64,000 nt of DNA from NCBI GenBank assembly GCA_965214635.1, contig OZ243964.1, forward strand, positions 1,299,696-1,363,695, written 5' to 3'. The notes under the pieces are model-generated. The model was not told the DNA's origin. It saw nothing but the letters and a program-made list of their open reading frames with translations, and did not search any database. Shown here in pieces: positions 46,808 to 56,613 of this stretch. Position 1 is the first letter of the stretch; every line of letters starts with the position of its first letter. The DNA comes from Dehalococcoidia bacterium. Lineage in GTDB: Bacteria > Chloroflexota > Dehalococcoidia > Lucifugimonadales > JADFKI01. The position numbers and the translations under genes were made by a program.

Positions 46808-47152
46808 TCAGGCGCGAGCGGTTGAGAGCAGGATTTCGCCGTTTTCGGTGAGCGACACAGGGTATGTCTTGAGGGCGTCGCACTCGTTGTCGACGGGGTT
46901 GCCGGTGGCTAGGTCGAACTTGTAGGCGTGCAGCGGGCACACCAATACGCCGCCGCCAATGATGCCATCGCACAGCGGCCCGTCCCTGTGCGGGCAGGAC
47001 GCCTGTGTTGCGAACACCTCGCCCCGCCGCGAGCGAAACACGGCGATGCTCACTCCGTCCACAACAAAGAGCCGTCCCTCTCCCATGGGTATCTGCGCTG
47101 CGTTTCCCAGTGTTCTGCGCTGGCTGTCCCTGCCGTTCATGCCATTTGGCAT
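46808..47152 (-). CDS. nirD: nitrite reductase small subunit (Rieske-like)
   Basis: Track ORF 46808..47248, trimmed to ATG 47152 (GGAG 5 nt upstream; avoids overlap with nirB). CPHRDGPL...CPLHAYKF. Confidence 0.85.
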   Translation of the reverse strand: MPNGMNGRDSQRRTLGNAAQIPMGEGRLFVVDGVSIAVFRSRRGEVFATQASCPHRDGPLCDGIIGGGVLVCPLHAYKFDLATGNPVDNECDALKTYPVSLTENGEILLSTARA

Positions 47153-47178
47153 ATTTGCTCCGTACACAGCCTGTTCTC

Positions 47179-49629
47179 CTAACTTGTTACGCCGGCGGCG
47201 ATGCTGACGAACTGGTTGGGGTGTACTGGCAGTTCCGATTCCTGCCACGGGTCTTGATAGGCGTCCACGGCGGCTTGTATGTCGGCGTCTAGGCGTTCGC
47301 AGATGCCCTCGCTGTCATCTACGACGACACTTCTGATGTGTTCCAGCCCCACGCGTTCCACAAAGCCGTATGTGCGCTCAAGGTACTTGGCGTTTTCGCG
47401 GTAATACTGCATGAAGCGCCCCATGTACTTCAGCACATCGTCGTGGCTGTCCACTATGCAGAGTATGTCGCCCTTGCGGACGCGCGAACCCGCCGCCCCG
47501 CCGATATAGATCTCCCACTTGCCGCCCTCGATTGCCACGACACCGAGGTCTTTGGTGGTGGATTCGGCGCAGTTGCGCGGGCAGCCAGATGCCGCAAGCT
47601 TCATCTTGTGGGGCGACTCCACGCCTTGGAAGCGCTTCTCTATCTTGACACCGAGCGCAACGCTGTCGCCCACGCCGTAGCGGCAGAAGTCGGTTCCCAC
47701 GCAGGTCTTGCAGGTGCGAAACGCCTTGCTGTAGGCGTGCCCCGATGGCATCTTGAGGTCGCGCCACACATCGGGCAAGTGCGCTTTTGGGATGCCGAGC
47801 AGGTCTATGCGCTGCCCGCCGGTAATCTTGACCATCTTGGCTTCGTACTTATCGGCTGCGTCGGCGATGCGGCGCAGCTCATCCGGCGATGTGATGCCGC
47901 CATAGATGCGCGGTACGACGCTGAAAGTGCCGTCACGCTGTATGTTGGCGTGTACGCGGTCGTTGATGAAGCGGGCGTCGCGCTCGTCTTCGTACTCGTC
48001 TGCCCACAGAGTTTTCAGCAGCGACGCAAGTCCCATCTTGCTTGCAGCGTCCTCTTTGCCGCCGGCGAGTGCATCGAATACTGCGGACACGCTCTTGAGC
48101 CGCATTCGCTTGATGGCGTCCACGAGTTCGGGTTTGGTCATAGGAATGGACGGCACATAGTAGTGGTCCGCTGGGTCGTCGGCGATGAGGCCGTCCGCCG
48201 CTATCTCAAGCAGGGCTTGCACTTGCGGGACGCATGAGCCGCAGCCGGTGCCGGCTTTGGTGGCGCCGCAGACCGCCTTAAGGCTGCGATGACCGGCGTC
48301 CACAGCGGCAATGATCTTCGCTTTGGATACGCCGTTGCAGTTACATATCTGGGCATCGTCGGGCAGGCTGGCGAGGTCAGGTGCGGCGGTTTCAGCGGAC
48401 AGCGGAAAGAGCAGCTCGGCACGGTTTTGGGGCAGTGTCTCGCCGCGGTCGAAGGCTTGCAGCAGGCGTGGTGCGGTGAAGCCGTCCCCCAGCAGGATAG
48501 CGCCCGCAACTTTGCCATCTCGGATGATGACCTTCTTGTACACGCCGCGGTTCGGCTCTACATACGACACCACTTCGTCGTCTTCGCTGGCGGGTTCTTT
48601 GTCGCCCGCCACGGCAAGTTCCACGCCCATCACCTTGAGCTTGGTTGACACCTTGGAGCCGTAGTATGAGGATGTGGAGTTTTCGGAAGTGAGGCGCTCG
48701 GCGAGGGTGCGCGCCTGTTCCCAGAGCGGCGCTACTAGTCCGTAGGTCTTGCTGCGATGCTCGGCACATTCGCCGATGGCGTAGATGTGGCGGTCGTTGC
48801 GACAGGACAGGTCGTCGTTGACGAGGATGCCGCGCCGCAGGTTCAGCCCTGTCATGCGCGCAAGGTCGATGTTCGGGCGAATTCCGGCGGATACTACTAG
48901 CATATCGCACTTTATCGAGCCGCCGTCCCTAAATGTTACGCCGCTGACCTTGCCGCCGTTAGTCTGCACCGCTGTGGTGAGCTTCTCCAAGTGAAAGCGC
49001 ACGCCCATATCTTCCAAAAGCTGCTTGAGCATATCGCCGGAAGATGCGTCTAGCTGTGTGTCCATTATGTACTCGGTCAGGTGAATGACATCCACCTCAA
49101 GCCCGCGGTTCATCAGCCCGCGCGCCGCCTCAAGTCCGAGCAGCCCGCCGCCGATGACCGCTGCCTTGCGCACACCGTCGGCGTACTCCACCATCTCTGA
49201 GCAATCGTCCAATGAGCGGAACTGGAACACACCTTCAGTGAAACTTCCGTCTTCCCGGTACAGCCCGTCTATGGGCGGGATGAAGGGCGAGCTTCCGGTT
49301 GCCATCACCAACTTATCGTATGGGACGAGCAAACCGCCTGCGCCGTATGCGGTCTTGGAGGTGCGGTCGATGCCGATGACCCGAACGCCGGCGTGCAGCG
49401 TGACGCCGTTCTCTTCGTACCATGCCAACGGGTTGATGAAGATGTCTTTGGCATCGTGGCTGCCCGCTAGCACGCCTGATAGCAGTATGCGGTTGTAGTT
49501 GCCATATGGCTCTTCGCCGAACACGGTTATGTCGTACTTGTCGCGCCCGCCGAGTTCCAGAAGTTCCTCTACGAACCGCGCACCCGCCATCCCATTGCCC
49601 ACAACTACTAGCTTCTCTTTGTCTGGCAT
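47179..49629 (-). CDS. nirB: NAD(P)H-dependent assimilatory nitrite reductase large subunit
   Basis: 816 aa. LVVVGNGMAG, BFD-like ICNCNGVSK, and siroheme/4Fe-4S ligand blocks CKTCVGTDFCRYG and SGCPRNCAES. Confidence 0.95.
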   Translation of the reverse strand: MPDKEKLVVVGNGMAGARFVEELLELGGRDKYDITVFGEEPYGNYNRILLSGVLAGSHDAKDIFINPLAWYEENGVTLHAGVRVIGIDRTSKTAYGAGGLLVPYDKLVMATGSSPFIPPIDGLYREDGSFTEGVFQFRSLDDCSEMVEYADGVRKAAVIGGGLLGLEAARGLMNRGLEVDVIHLTEYIMDTQLDASSGDMLKQLLEDMGVRFHLEKLTTAVQTNGGKVSGVTFRDGGSIKCDMLVVSAGIRPNIDLARMTGLNLRRGILVNDDLSCRNDRHIYAIGECAEHRSKTYGLVAPLWEQARTLAERLTSENSTSSYYGSKVSTKLKVMGVELAVAGDKEPASEDDEVVSYVEPNRGVYKKVIIRDGKVAGAILLGDGFTAPRLLQAFDRGETLPQNRAELLFPLSAETAAPDLASLPDDAQICNCNGVSKAKIIAAVDAGHRSLKAVCGATKAGTGCGSCVPQVQALLEIAADGLIADDPADHYYVPSIPMTKPELVDAIKRMRLKSVSAVFDALAGGKEDAASKMGLASLLKTLWADEYEDERDARFINDRVHANIQRDGTFSVVPRIYGGITSPDELRRIADAADKYEAKMVKITGGQRIDLLGIPKAHLPDVWRDLKMPSGHAYSKAFRTCKTCVGTDFCRYGVGDSVALGVKIEKRFQGVESPHKMKLAASGCPRNCAESTTKDLGVVAIEGGKWEIYIGGAAGSRVRKGDILCIVDSHDDVLKYMGRFMQYYRENAKYLERTYGFVERVGLEHIRSVVVDDSEGICERLDADIQAAVDAYQDPWQESELPVHPNQFVSIAAGVTS

Positions 49630-49663
49630 TTCAGAGTTCCTCAGTTTTTAGTCTTTCAGCGGA

Positions 49664-51817
49664 TCAATCGGTTGGGTTTTTGCTTCGACGAATGGGTTGG
49701 ATGCTGGCGGCGCAGACCTTGAACTCGGGCATGCGGCTTGTGGGGTCGAGCGCCGGGTTGGTGAGGCGGTTGGCTGAGCCTGCGCCGCCCCAGTGGAACG
49801 GGGTGAACAGGGTATCCTCGCGGATGCTAGCGGTTACCTTGACCTTGAACTTGGCGCTGCCGCGGCGCGTGCTGATTTGCGCCATGTCGCCATCCACCAG
49901 TCCATACTGCCGCGCCGTGCTGGGATGCACCTCGGCGATGGGCAGCGGCGCGCGTTCGAGCAGGTCAGCGATGCGCCGCGTCTGTGTGCCGGACTGGTAC
50001 TGCGACAGGATGCGGCCGGTGGTGAGATACAGCGGGTATTCGGCGTCGGGTGTCTCCGCCGGTGGTTGGTGGCGCACGGGATGGAATATCGCCCTTCCGT
50101 CCGGCGTGGCGAAGCGGCGAGTGAACATCCGCGGTGTGCCGTTGGACGATGTCGGGGAATCCGTATCGTTGGTGGCGTCTGTGCAGGGCCAGAACACGCC
50201 GTCGTTGGTGTCTATCTTGGCGTAGGTGATGCCGGAGTAGTCGGCTGCGCCGCCCGCGCTTGCGCGCCCAAGCTCGGCGAACACATCGGCAGGGCTTGTG
50301 TAGTCGAAGTACTCGCCCTTGCCCAGCCGGTGTGCCAGTTCGCATATCACATCCACATCGTCGCGGACGCCGTGTGGCGGTTTAATAGCGCGGCGGCGCA
50401 GTATGACGCGCCCCTCGAGGTTGGTCAGCGTCCCCTCTTCCTCTGCCCACTGCGCCGCTGGCAGCACCACATCTGCAAACGCCGTCGTCTCCGACAGGAA
50501 GAAGTCAGACACGGCGAGAAAGTCCAGCGACCGCAGGCGGCGCTCCACATGCAGCGCATTAGGCGCAGACACCACCACATTAGAGCCAAGCACGAACAGG
50601 CATCGCACGCCGCCCTCTGTGCCGAGCGTATCCAGCAGTTCGTATGCCGACTTGCCGGGCATCGGCAGCGTATCGGGGTCGATGCCCCAAACGGATGCGA
50701 CATGACGGCGTGCGGCGGGGTCGTCTATCTTGCGATAGCCGGGGAGTTGGTCTGCCTTTTGCCCGTGTTCGCGCCCGCCCTGTCCGTTGCCCTGTCCAGT
50801 GAGGCAGCCGTAGCCGCTATTAGGGCGTCCGACCAGCCCTAGCGCAAGCGCAATGTTTATGAACGACAGGGTGTTGTTGACACCTTGTGCGTGCTGCTCC
50901 ACTCCGCGCGCAGTGAGCACCATAGCGGTGTCTGCCTCGCCGAGCATATGCGCCGCACGGGTTAGCGCCGCCTCTGACACGCCTGTGATGCGCTCCACTC
51001 GCTCCGGCCAGTAGGTGGATACCAGCCCGCGCAGGGCAGAGAACCCGGTGGTGCGCTCTGTGATGTAGTCTGCGTCTATAAGCCCGTCTCGCACGAGGAT
51101 GTGTAGGATGCCGTTGGCTAGGGCGGCGTCGCTGCCGGGTGTGAGCCGCAAGTGCAGGTCGGCTCGCTGCGCTGTGGGCGTGAGGCGGGGGTCAGCCACG
51201 ATGAGGTTGCCACCGGCGGTGCGCTGCGCCTCGAAGTACTGCATGATGGGCGGCATCGTCTCGGCGGCGTTGCTGCCCACCAGCAGGACGGTGTCTGCGT
51301 CGGCGATGTCCGACACCGGGAAGGGCAAGCCGCGGTCTATCCCGAACGCCTTGATGCTCGCCGCCGCCGCAGACGACATGCAGAAGCGCCCATTGTAGTC
51401 TATGTTGGATGTGCCAAGCGCGACGCGTGCGAACTTGCCGAGAAGGTACGCCTTTTCGTTGGTGAGCGAGCCGCCGCCGAACACGCCGACCGCATCGGCA
51501 CCGTGGGCGACTTGGGCACGGCGAAACTCGGCAGTGATACGGTCTAGTGCGGCGTCCCAGCTCACGGGGGACAGCACGCCATTCGCATCGCGTATTAGCG
51601 GGGAGCGCAGGCGCTCCGGGTGGTTGAGCGCCGCTGCTGCCGTCCAGCCCTTGATGCAGAGCGCCCCCTTATTCACTGGGAACTCGGTGTTGCCTTCGAT
51701 GTCCACGCCCGCATCGCTGTTTGCGGAGGCAGTGATGCTCATCCCGCATTGAAAGGCGCAGTATGGGCAGTGCGTGAGTGTGGCAGTCTGCCGCTCGGTA
51801 ATGGGAATCTGCTTCAA
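49664..51817 (-). CDS. nasA: assimilatory nitrate reductase catalytic subunit (molybdopterin oxidoreductase)
   Basis: 717 aa with a TTG start. N-terminal 4Fe-4S motif HCPYCAFQCG...CIKG, followed by MopB-family blocks. Confidence 0.9.
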   Translation of the reverse strand: MKQIPITERQTATLTHCPYCAFQCGMSITASANSDAGVDIEGNTEFPVNKGALCIKGWTAAAALNHPERLRSPLIRDANGVLSPVSWDAALDRITAEFRRAQVAHGADAVGVFGGGSLTNEKAYLLGKFARVALGTSNIDYNGRFCMSSAAAASIKAFGIDRGLPFPVSDIADADTVLLVGSNAAETMPPIMQYFEAQRTAGGNLIVADPRLTPTAQRADLHLRLTPGSDAALANGILHILVRDGLIDADYITERTTGFSALRGLVSTYWPERVERITGVSEAALTRAAHMLGEADTAMVLTARGVEQHAQGVNNTLSFINIALALGLVGRPNSGYGCLTGQGNGQGGREHGQKADQLPGYRKIDDPAARRHVASVWGIDPDTLPMPGKSAYELLDTLGTEGGVRCLFVLGSNVVVSAPNALHVERRLRSLDFLAVSDFFLSETTAFADVVLPAAQWAEEEGTLTNLEGRVILRRRAIKPPHGVRDDVDVICELAHRLGKGEYFDYTSPADVFAELGRASAGGAADYSGITYAKIDTNDGVFWPCTDATNDTDSPTSSNGTPRMFTRRFATPDGRAIFHPVRHQPPAETPDAEYPLYLTTGRILSQYQSGTQTRRIADLLERAPLPIAEVHPSTARQYGLVDGDMAQISTRRGSAKFKVKVTASIREDTLFTPFHWGGAGSANRLTNPALDPTSRMPEFKVCAASIQPIRRSKNPTD

Positions 51818-52156
51818 CTGGGGGAGTCGCCTTTCATTCAGCGGTTATCCGAATGCGCCAAAGGCTATATGGCAACTTTTGCCGTTGTATTGCAATGGTG
51901 TTAAATGTGTGTAACATCGAAATGGCAGGATGACGAGTCGGAGGCAGCGCCTGCTGCCCCAAGTGGGGCATTCCCACTCCGCAGAACGGCTTCTCTTTCG
52001 CCTCTGATTGGGAGTAATTTGGGAGTTTTCGGAAACCCATTCCATTGCCATATGAGCGTAAAACTGACACAATTAAGTATGAACATTTCGCTTTGTGGCA
52101 AGTACACTAGGTGAGATAACAGGCGCATCTACGCAGAGCATAGTGCGGGAGGGATT

Positions 52157-53197
52157 ATGGCTGCAACGACATCGCACACGGCCGGGCAGTCCGCTGCTGG
52201 TATGGACCTGACCGACCGCAATATCTTGAACATCATACAGACGCGTTTCCCGCTCGTGGAGCGCCCCTATGCCGACATCGGGGCAGAGACGGGGCTGGAT
52301 GAAGACGAGGTTATCGCGCGCATTGGGGCGCTGAAAGATCGCAATGTGGTGCGCCAAATCAGCGCCATATTCGACACGCGCAGGCTCGGTTACAAGACCA
52401 CGCTCGTGGCAATGCGCTTTCCGGCAGAGCGCTTGGATGCTGCGGCGCAGATCATCAATGAGCATCCCGGCGTCAGCCACAACTACGCCCGCAACGGGAA
52501 TTTTAACCTGTGGTTCACGCTCGCCGTGCCGCCATACGAAGACCTAGCCGAATCCGTGGAACAGATGGCAGTGCGCACGCAAGCCGAAACCTACCGCCTG
52601 ATGCCCACTATCAAGTTCTTCAAGATAGGCGTGAACTTCGATATGGTCAAGGAAGAGGGGGCGGCGAGCAAATACTACAGCCCCGACGGATACGGCGACA
52701 GGAACGGCACGCAATGGAACAAGGCAGAGGCGCTGACAGATTTCGACATCGCCGTCATCCGCGAACTGCAAGAGGATGTGCCGCTGACGCCTCAGCCCTT
52801 CACGCCAATGGCAGAGCGGCTTGGCATCGCACTCGATGCGCTGTTCGATGCGGCAGATGCGCTCCGACAGCGCGGGCTAATGCGCCGTTTCAGCGCTGTG
52901 CTGCACCACCGCCGCGCCGGTTTTCGCTCTAACGCCATGGCGGTGTGGAAAGTGCCGTCCGAGCGCGCAGTGGAAGTGGGCAACCTCATGGCGCAGTCGC
53001 GCTGGGTTACACACTGCTACGAGCGTCCGACATTCCCGGACTGGCAGTACACGCACTTCACGATGATACACGCCACATCGCAAGATCAGTGCGAAGCCGT
53101 GGCGCAGGAACTCTCGGAGGCGACCGGCATAGACGAATACATGCTCTTGTACAGCACCCGCGAGTATAAGAAGACGCGCGTGCGGTATTTCGTGTAG
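52157..53197 (+). CDS. siroheme decarboxylase, fused AhbA/AhbB (NirDL-like) two-domain protein
   Basis: 346 aa, RBS GGGAGGG. Two tandem Lrp/AsnC-like halves, each with the characteristic block: half 1 ...RQISAIFDTRRLGY...HPGVSHNYAR, half 2 ...RRFSAVLHHRRAGF...SRWVTHCYER. Confidence 0.8.
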   Translation: MAATTSHTAGQSAAGMDLTDRNILNIIQTRFPLVERPYADIGAETGLDEDEVIARIGALKDRNVVRQISAIFDTRRLGYKTTLVAMRFPAERLDAAAQIINEHPGVSHNYARNGNFNLWFTLAVPPYEDLAESVEQMAVRTQAETYRLMPTIKFFKIGVNFDMVKEEGAASKYYSPDGYGDRNGTQWNKAEALTDFDIAVIRELQEDVPLTPQPFTPMAERLGIALDALFDAADALRQRGLMRRFSAVLHHRRAGFRSNAMAVWKVPSERAVEVGNLMAQSRWVTHCYERPTFPDWQYTHFTMIHATSQDQCEAVAQELSEATGIDEYMLLYSTREYKKTRVRYFV

Positions 53198-53308
53198 CCG
53201 CCTGCACAAATCTGCACAAAGAGGAAGTGAAGGTTGCGTGTGTTGACGCAAAATCTCAGCATGCGCCACTTACCCTGACATACAAGCAAAACGAAAAGGA
53301 TTCCCATC

Positions 53309-54040
53309 GTGCCTGCATACTACCCTGCGTTCATAGATGTGAAGGGCCGTTGCTGCGTGGTCATAGGCGGCGGCGGCATCGGCGAAGAGAAGGTGGTGAA
53401 GCTGCTGGACTGTTACGCCGATGTGGTGGTGATAAGCCCTGAGGTGAACGAAGGTGTGCAGCAGCTGGCGGAGGCGGGCAAGGTCATCTGGCACCAGCGC
53501 GCATATCGCAGCGGAGACCTTGCGGATGCGTTCATCGCCATCGCCGCAACGGACGACAACACCGTCAACCGCGCCATCGCTGCCGAAGCACATGAGCGCA
53601 ATGTGCTGCTGAATGTGGTGGATGTTACGCACCTGTGCACATTCATCGCGCCGTCGGTGGCAGTACGGGGCGATGTAACGGTTGCGGCATCCACAGGCGG
53701 GGCAAGCCCGGCACTGGCGCGCAAGTTCCGCGAACTGCTGGACGGCAGCCCGATAGACTCATCGCACCCGCTGATGGACTACGCCGAGCTGACGCCGCTG
53801 CTCGCCGATGTTCGCGCTGAAATCCGCGGCAAGGGCATCACGCTGTTCACCGACCACTGGCAGGCGTGCATCACCGACAGCCTGCTGGACACCGTGCTTG
53901 CAGGGCGCTACGAAGAAGCGCGCGCAACGCTGCTGGACGACCTGATGGCGGGCGTGGGCTGCGACTGCGTAGCCGGCGTCTGTAAAATGTGGGAAGAGAA
54001 GAAAGCCCTCGCCGCCAAAGCGGTGGGAACGCCCTCGTGA
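53309..54040 (+). CDS. precorrin-2 dehydrogenase / sirohydrochlorin ferrochelatase (SirC/Met8/CysG-N-like)
   Basis: 243 aa with a GTG start. Rossmann motif CVVIGGGGIGEEKV, LLNVVD, and ASTGGASPALARKFRE. Confidence 0.85.
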   Translation: MPAYYPAFIDVKGRCCVVIGGGGIGEEKVVKLLDCYADVVVISPEVNEGVQQLAEAGKVIWHQRAYRSGDLADAFIAIAATDDNTVNRAIAAEAHERNVLLNVVDVTHLCTFIAPSVAVRGDVTVAASTGGASPALARKFRELLDGSPIDSSHPLMDYAELTPLLADVRAEIRGKGITLFTDHWQACITDSLLDTVLAGRYEEARATLLDDLMAGVGCDCVAGVCKMWEEKKALAAKAVGTPS

Positions 54041-54999
54041 CCTCACTGAACGCCCGCAAGAAGGTTGTCATCGGCTCACGCGCTAGCACTCTATCTCTGG
54101 CACAGACCGATGAGGTGGCACGCCGCCTGCGCCAAGCACACCCGGGGATTGTCGTCCACACAGTAACCCTATCCACGCGCGGCGACCGCAACAAGAGCGC
54201 CCCGCTGCTCAGCATGGAGCGCGGGATGTTCGTGAAAGAGATAGAGGCGGCGCTGTTGAACGGCGAGATTGACATTGCGGTTCACAGCGCTAAGGATATG
54301 CCGACGGCAATGCCTAATGGGCTTGTTGTCGCAGCTTACACGGAGCGCGAGGACGCCCGCGATGTGCTGGTGAACCGATGGGAGCTTAATCTACATGAGC
54401 TGCCGCAGGGCGCACGGCTCGGCACTAGCAGCCCGCGCCGCATAGCGCAGCTCAAAGCCGTGCGACCGGATCTCCAGTACCCGCCCGTGCGCGGCAATGT
54501 AGACACGCGCATCCGCAAGGCGCACGGCGCAGACTACGACGGGGTGGTTCTTGCGGCAGCGGGCATCATCCGACTGGGCAGAGCTGCGGAAATCAGCGCA
54601 TTCATATCGCCCCAGCTGTGCGTGCCGGATGTGGGGCAAGGTGCGCTCGCCGTTCAAGTGCGCGCATCGGACGAGGCTATGCGGGAACTTGTCGGCGCAA
54701 TAGACCATCAAATTACCGCCGATGCCGTCCGTGCAGAACGCGCCTTCCTCACGGCGATGGGCGGCGGCTGCACAGTGCCAACCGCCGCATATGCCACCAT
54801 TCAAGGCGATGAGCTTCACCTGACGGCGATGGTCGCAAACCCTGACGGCAGCCGTCTCATTCGCATCGTGCGAGACTGCGAGCGGTCGCAGCCCGAAGCC
54901 GCAGGGCGCGCCGTTGCAAGGGCGATGATGCGGCAAGGGGCGGGCGAAATCCTGTCGGACAAGGGCGTGCGGCACGGCAACTCGGACGATGCGGAGTAG
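54037..54999 (+). CDS. hemC: hydroxymethylbilane synthase (porphobilinogen deaminase)
   Basis: Track ORF 53989..54999, trimmed to GTG 54037, which overlaps the upstream stop (GTGA). KVVIGSRASTLSLAQT, RGNVDTRIRK, and the C-terminal GGCTVP. Confidence 0.9.
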   Translation: MTSLNARKKVVIGSRASTLSLAQTDEVARRLRQAHPGIVVHTVTLSTRGDRNKSAPLLSMERGMFVKEIEAALLNGEIDIAVHSAKDMPTAMPNGLVVAAYTEREDARDVLVNRWELNLHELPQGARLGTSSPRRIAQLKAVRPDLQYPPVRGNVDTRIRKAHGADYDGVVLAAAGIIRLGRAAEISAFISPQLCVPDVGQGALAVQVRASDEAMRELVGAIDHQITADAVRAERAFLTAMGGGCTVPTAAYATIQGDELHLTAMVANPDGSRLIRIVRDCERSQPEAAGRAVARAMMRQGAGEILSDKGVRHGNSDDAE

Positions 55000-55005
55000 T
55001 TTCCA

Positions 55006-56553
55006 ATGGACGAAACAGCAATGACCGCCGGCGTTGTGGCGCTGGTGGGGGCGGGGCCGGGCGATCCGGAGCTTATCAGCGTCAAGGCGCTGCGGCTGCT
55101 AGCCGACGCCGACGCCGTGGTGTACGACCGTCTCGTGGACGAACGGCTGCTGCGACATGCCCGCGCGGATGCTGAACTCATAGATGTGGGCAAGATGCCC
55201 GGCAGCACGCGCAACCGACAAGAGGACATCAACCGCCTGCTGATAGACCTCGCCCGCGCTGGCAAGCAGGTTGTGCGGCTCAAGGGCGGAGACCCGTTCG
55301 TGTTCGGGCGCGGCGGTGAGGAAGCCGAAGCACTGGCATCCGAAGGGCTGGGATTCGAGGTAGTCCCGGGCGTTACATCGGCGATTGCGGCACCTGCGTA
55401 CGCCGGCATCCCCCTCACACATCGCAGGGCAGCGTCATCGTTCAGCGTGATTACGGGCAGCGAAGACCCGTCCAAGCCTGAAACCGCTGTGCGCTGGGAT
55501 GCGCTGGCGCAGAGCGAAGGCACGCTGGTTGTGCTGATGGGACAGGCGAACCTGCGCGCCATCGTGGACAGGCTGATGCTCGAAGGGCGCGCACCTGACA
55601 CGCCCGCCGCCATTGTGCAGTGGGGCACGGAGCCGTATCAGCGCACAGTCAGCGGCAGGCTCGACAACATCGCTGACATCGCATCGAACAGCGGCATATC
55701 CGCCCCCGCCGTAACCGTGATAGGCGAGGTGGCGGCGATGAGAGAGCGCATTCGCTGGTTCGACAACCGACCGCTGTTCGGCAAGCGAATACTGGTAACG
55801 CGCACGAGGGCGCAGGCGAGCGTCTTGTGCGATATGCTGGCGCAGCGCGGTGCTCAACCCGTCGAACTGCCCACTATACAAATCCAGCCTATGGACGATT
55901 ACACCGAGCTGGACAGGGAACTCAGCGCCATCCGAGGCTATGACTGGCTCATACTGACGAGCGCCAACGCCGTGGATGTGGTGTTCGAACGGCTGTCGGC
56001 GCTCGGGGCAGACGCCCGCACATTGCATGGCGTATCCGTCGGCGCAATTGGGCCTGCCACGGCTGCGCGCCTGCGACGCTACGGCATCAGCGCCGACTTT
56101 CTGCCGCAGGCGTTTGTGGCAGAGGCAGTGGTTGAGGGAATGCAGGCGTATAACCTGCGTGGCAAGCGGGTGCTGCTGCCGCGCGCTGACATCGCCCGCA
56201 GCGCCTTGGATGAGGGCTTGGCGGCACAGGGCGCATCGGTCAAGTGCATCGCCGCATATCGCACAATCACACCGCCCGATGCCGCAGCGCGCGCCCGCTC
56301 CATCCTCGCAGAGGGCATAGACATCGCCACATTCACAAGCTCCTCCACCGTCCGCAACCTGATTTCGCTGCTCAACGATGCGGATTTCGGGGATAGCGCA
56401 GCGCCTGCTCTGCTCAAAAATGTTACGATAGCGTGCATAGGCCCCATCACAGCGCAGACCGCCGCCGAACTCGGTATCGCTCCGCACATCGTGGCGTCCG
56501 AATACACCGTGGCTGCGCTTGTGGATGCTGTGGAAGCCTATTTTTCGCGCTAG
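55006..56553 (+). CDS. cobA/hemD: bifunctional uroporphyrinogen-III C-methyltransferase / uroporphyrinogen-III synthase
   Basis: 515 aa. N-terminal SUMT domain (VALVGAGPGDPELISVKA, VVRLKGGDPFVFGRGGEE). C-terminal HemD domain (RILVTRTRAQAS..., DWLILTSANAV). Confidence 0.9.
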   Translation: MDETAMTAGVVALVGAGPGDPELISVKALRLLADADAVVYDRLVDERLLRHARADAELIDVGKMPGSTRNRQEDINRLLIDLARAGKQVVRLKGGDPFVFGRGGEEAEALASEGLGFEVVPGVTSAIAAPAYAGIPLTHRRAASSFSVITGSEDPSKPETAVRWDALAQSEGTLVVLMGQANLRAIVDRLMLEGRAPDTPAAIVQWGTEPYQRTVSGRLDNIADIASNSGISAPAVTVIGEVAAMRERIRWFDNRPLFGKRILVTRTRAQASVLCDMLAQRGAQPVELPTIQIQPMDDYTELDRELSAIRGYDWLILTSANAVDVVFERLSALGADARTLHGVSVGAIGPATAARLRRYGISADFLPQAFVAEAVVEGMQAYNLRGKRVLLPRADIARSALDEGLAAQGASVKCIAAYRTITPPDAAARARSILAEGIDIATFTSSSTVRNLISLLNDADFGDSAAPALLKNVTIACIGPITAQTAAELGIAPHIVASEYTVAALVDAVEAYFSR

Positions 56554-56613
56554 AACATGACGGCGTATACATCGCAATACCCGAGCAGACCCCGATTAGG
56601 AGAGAGCAGCCTT

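Noticed and set aside
51818-52156. Searched the nasA / siroheme divergent region for NtcA-type GTA-N8-TAC sites and ANTAR-type dual hexaloop hairpins.
   Set aside because: Only partial matches were found (for example GTAAAACTGACAC). The hairpins present have 4-5-nt loops that do not fit the ANTAR target pattern.
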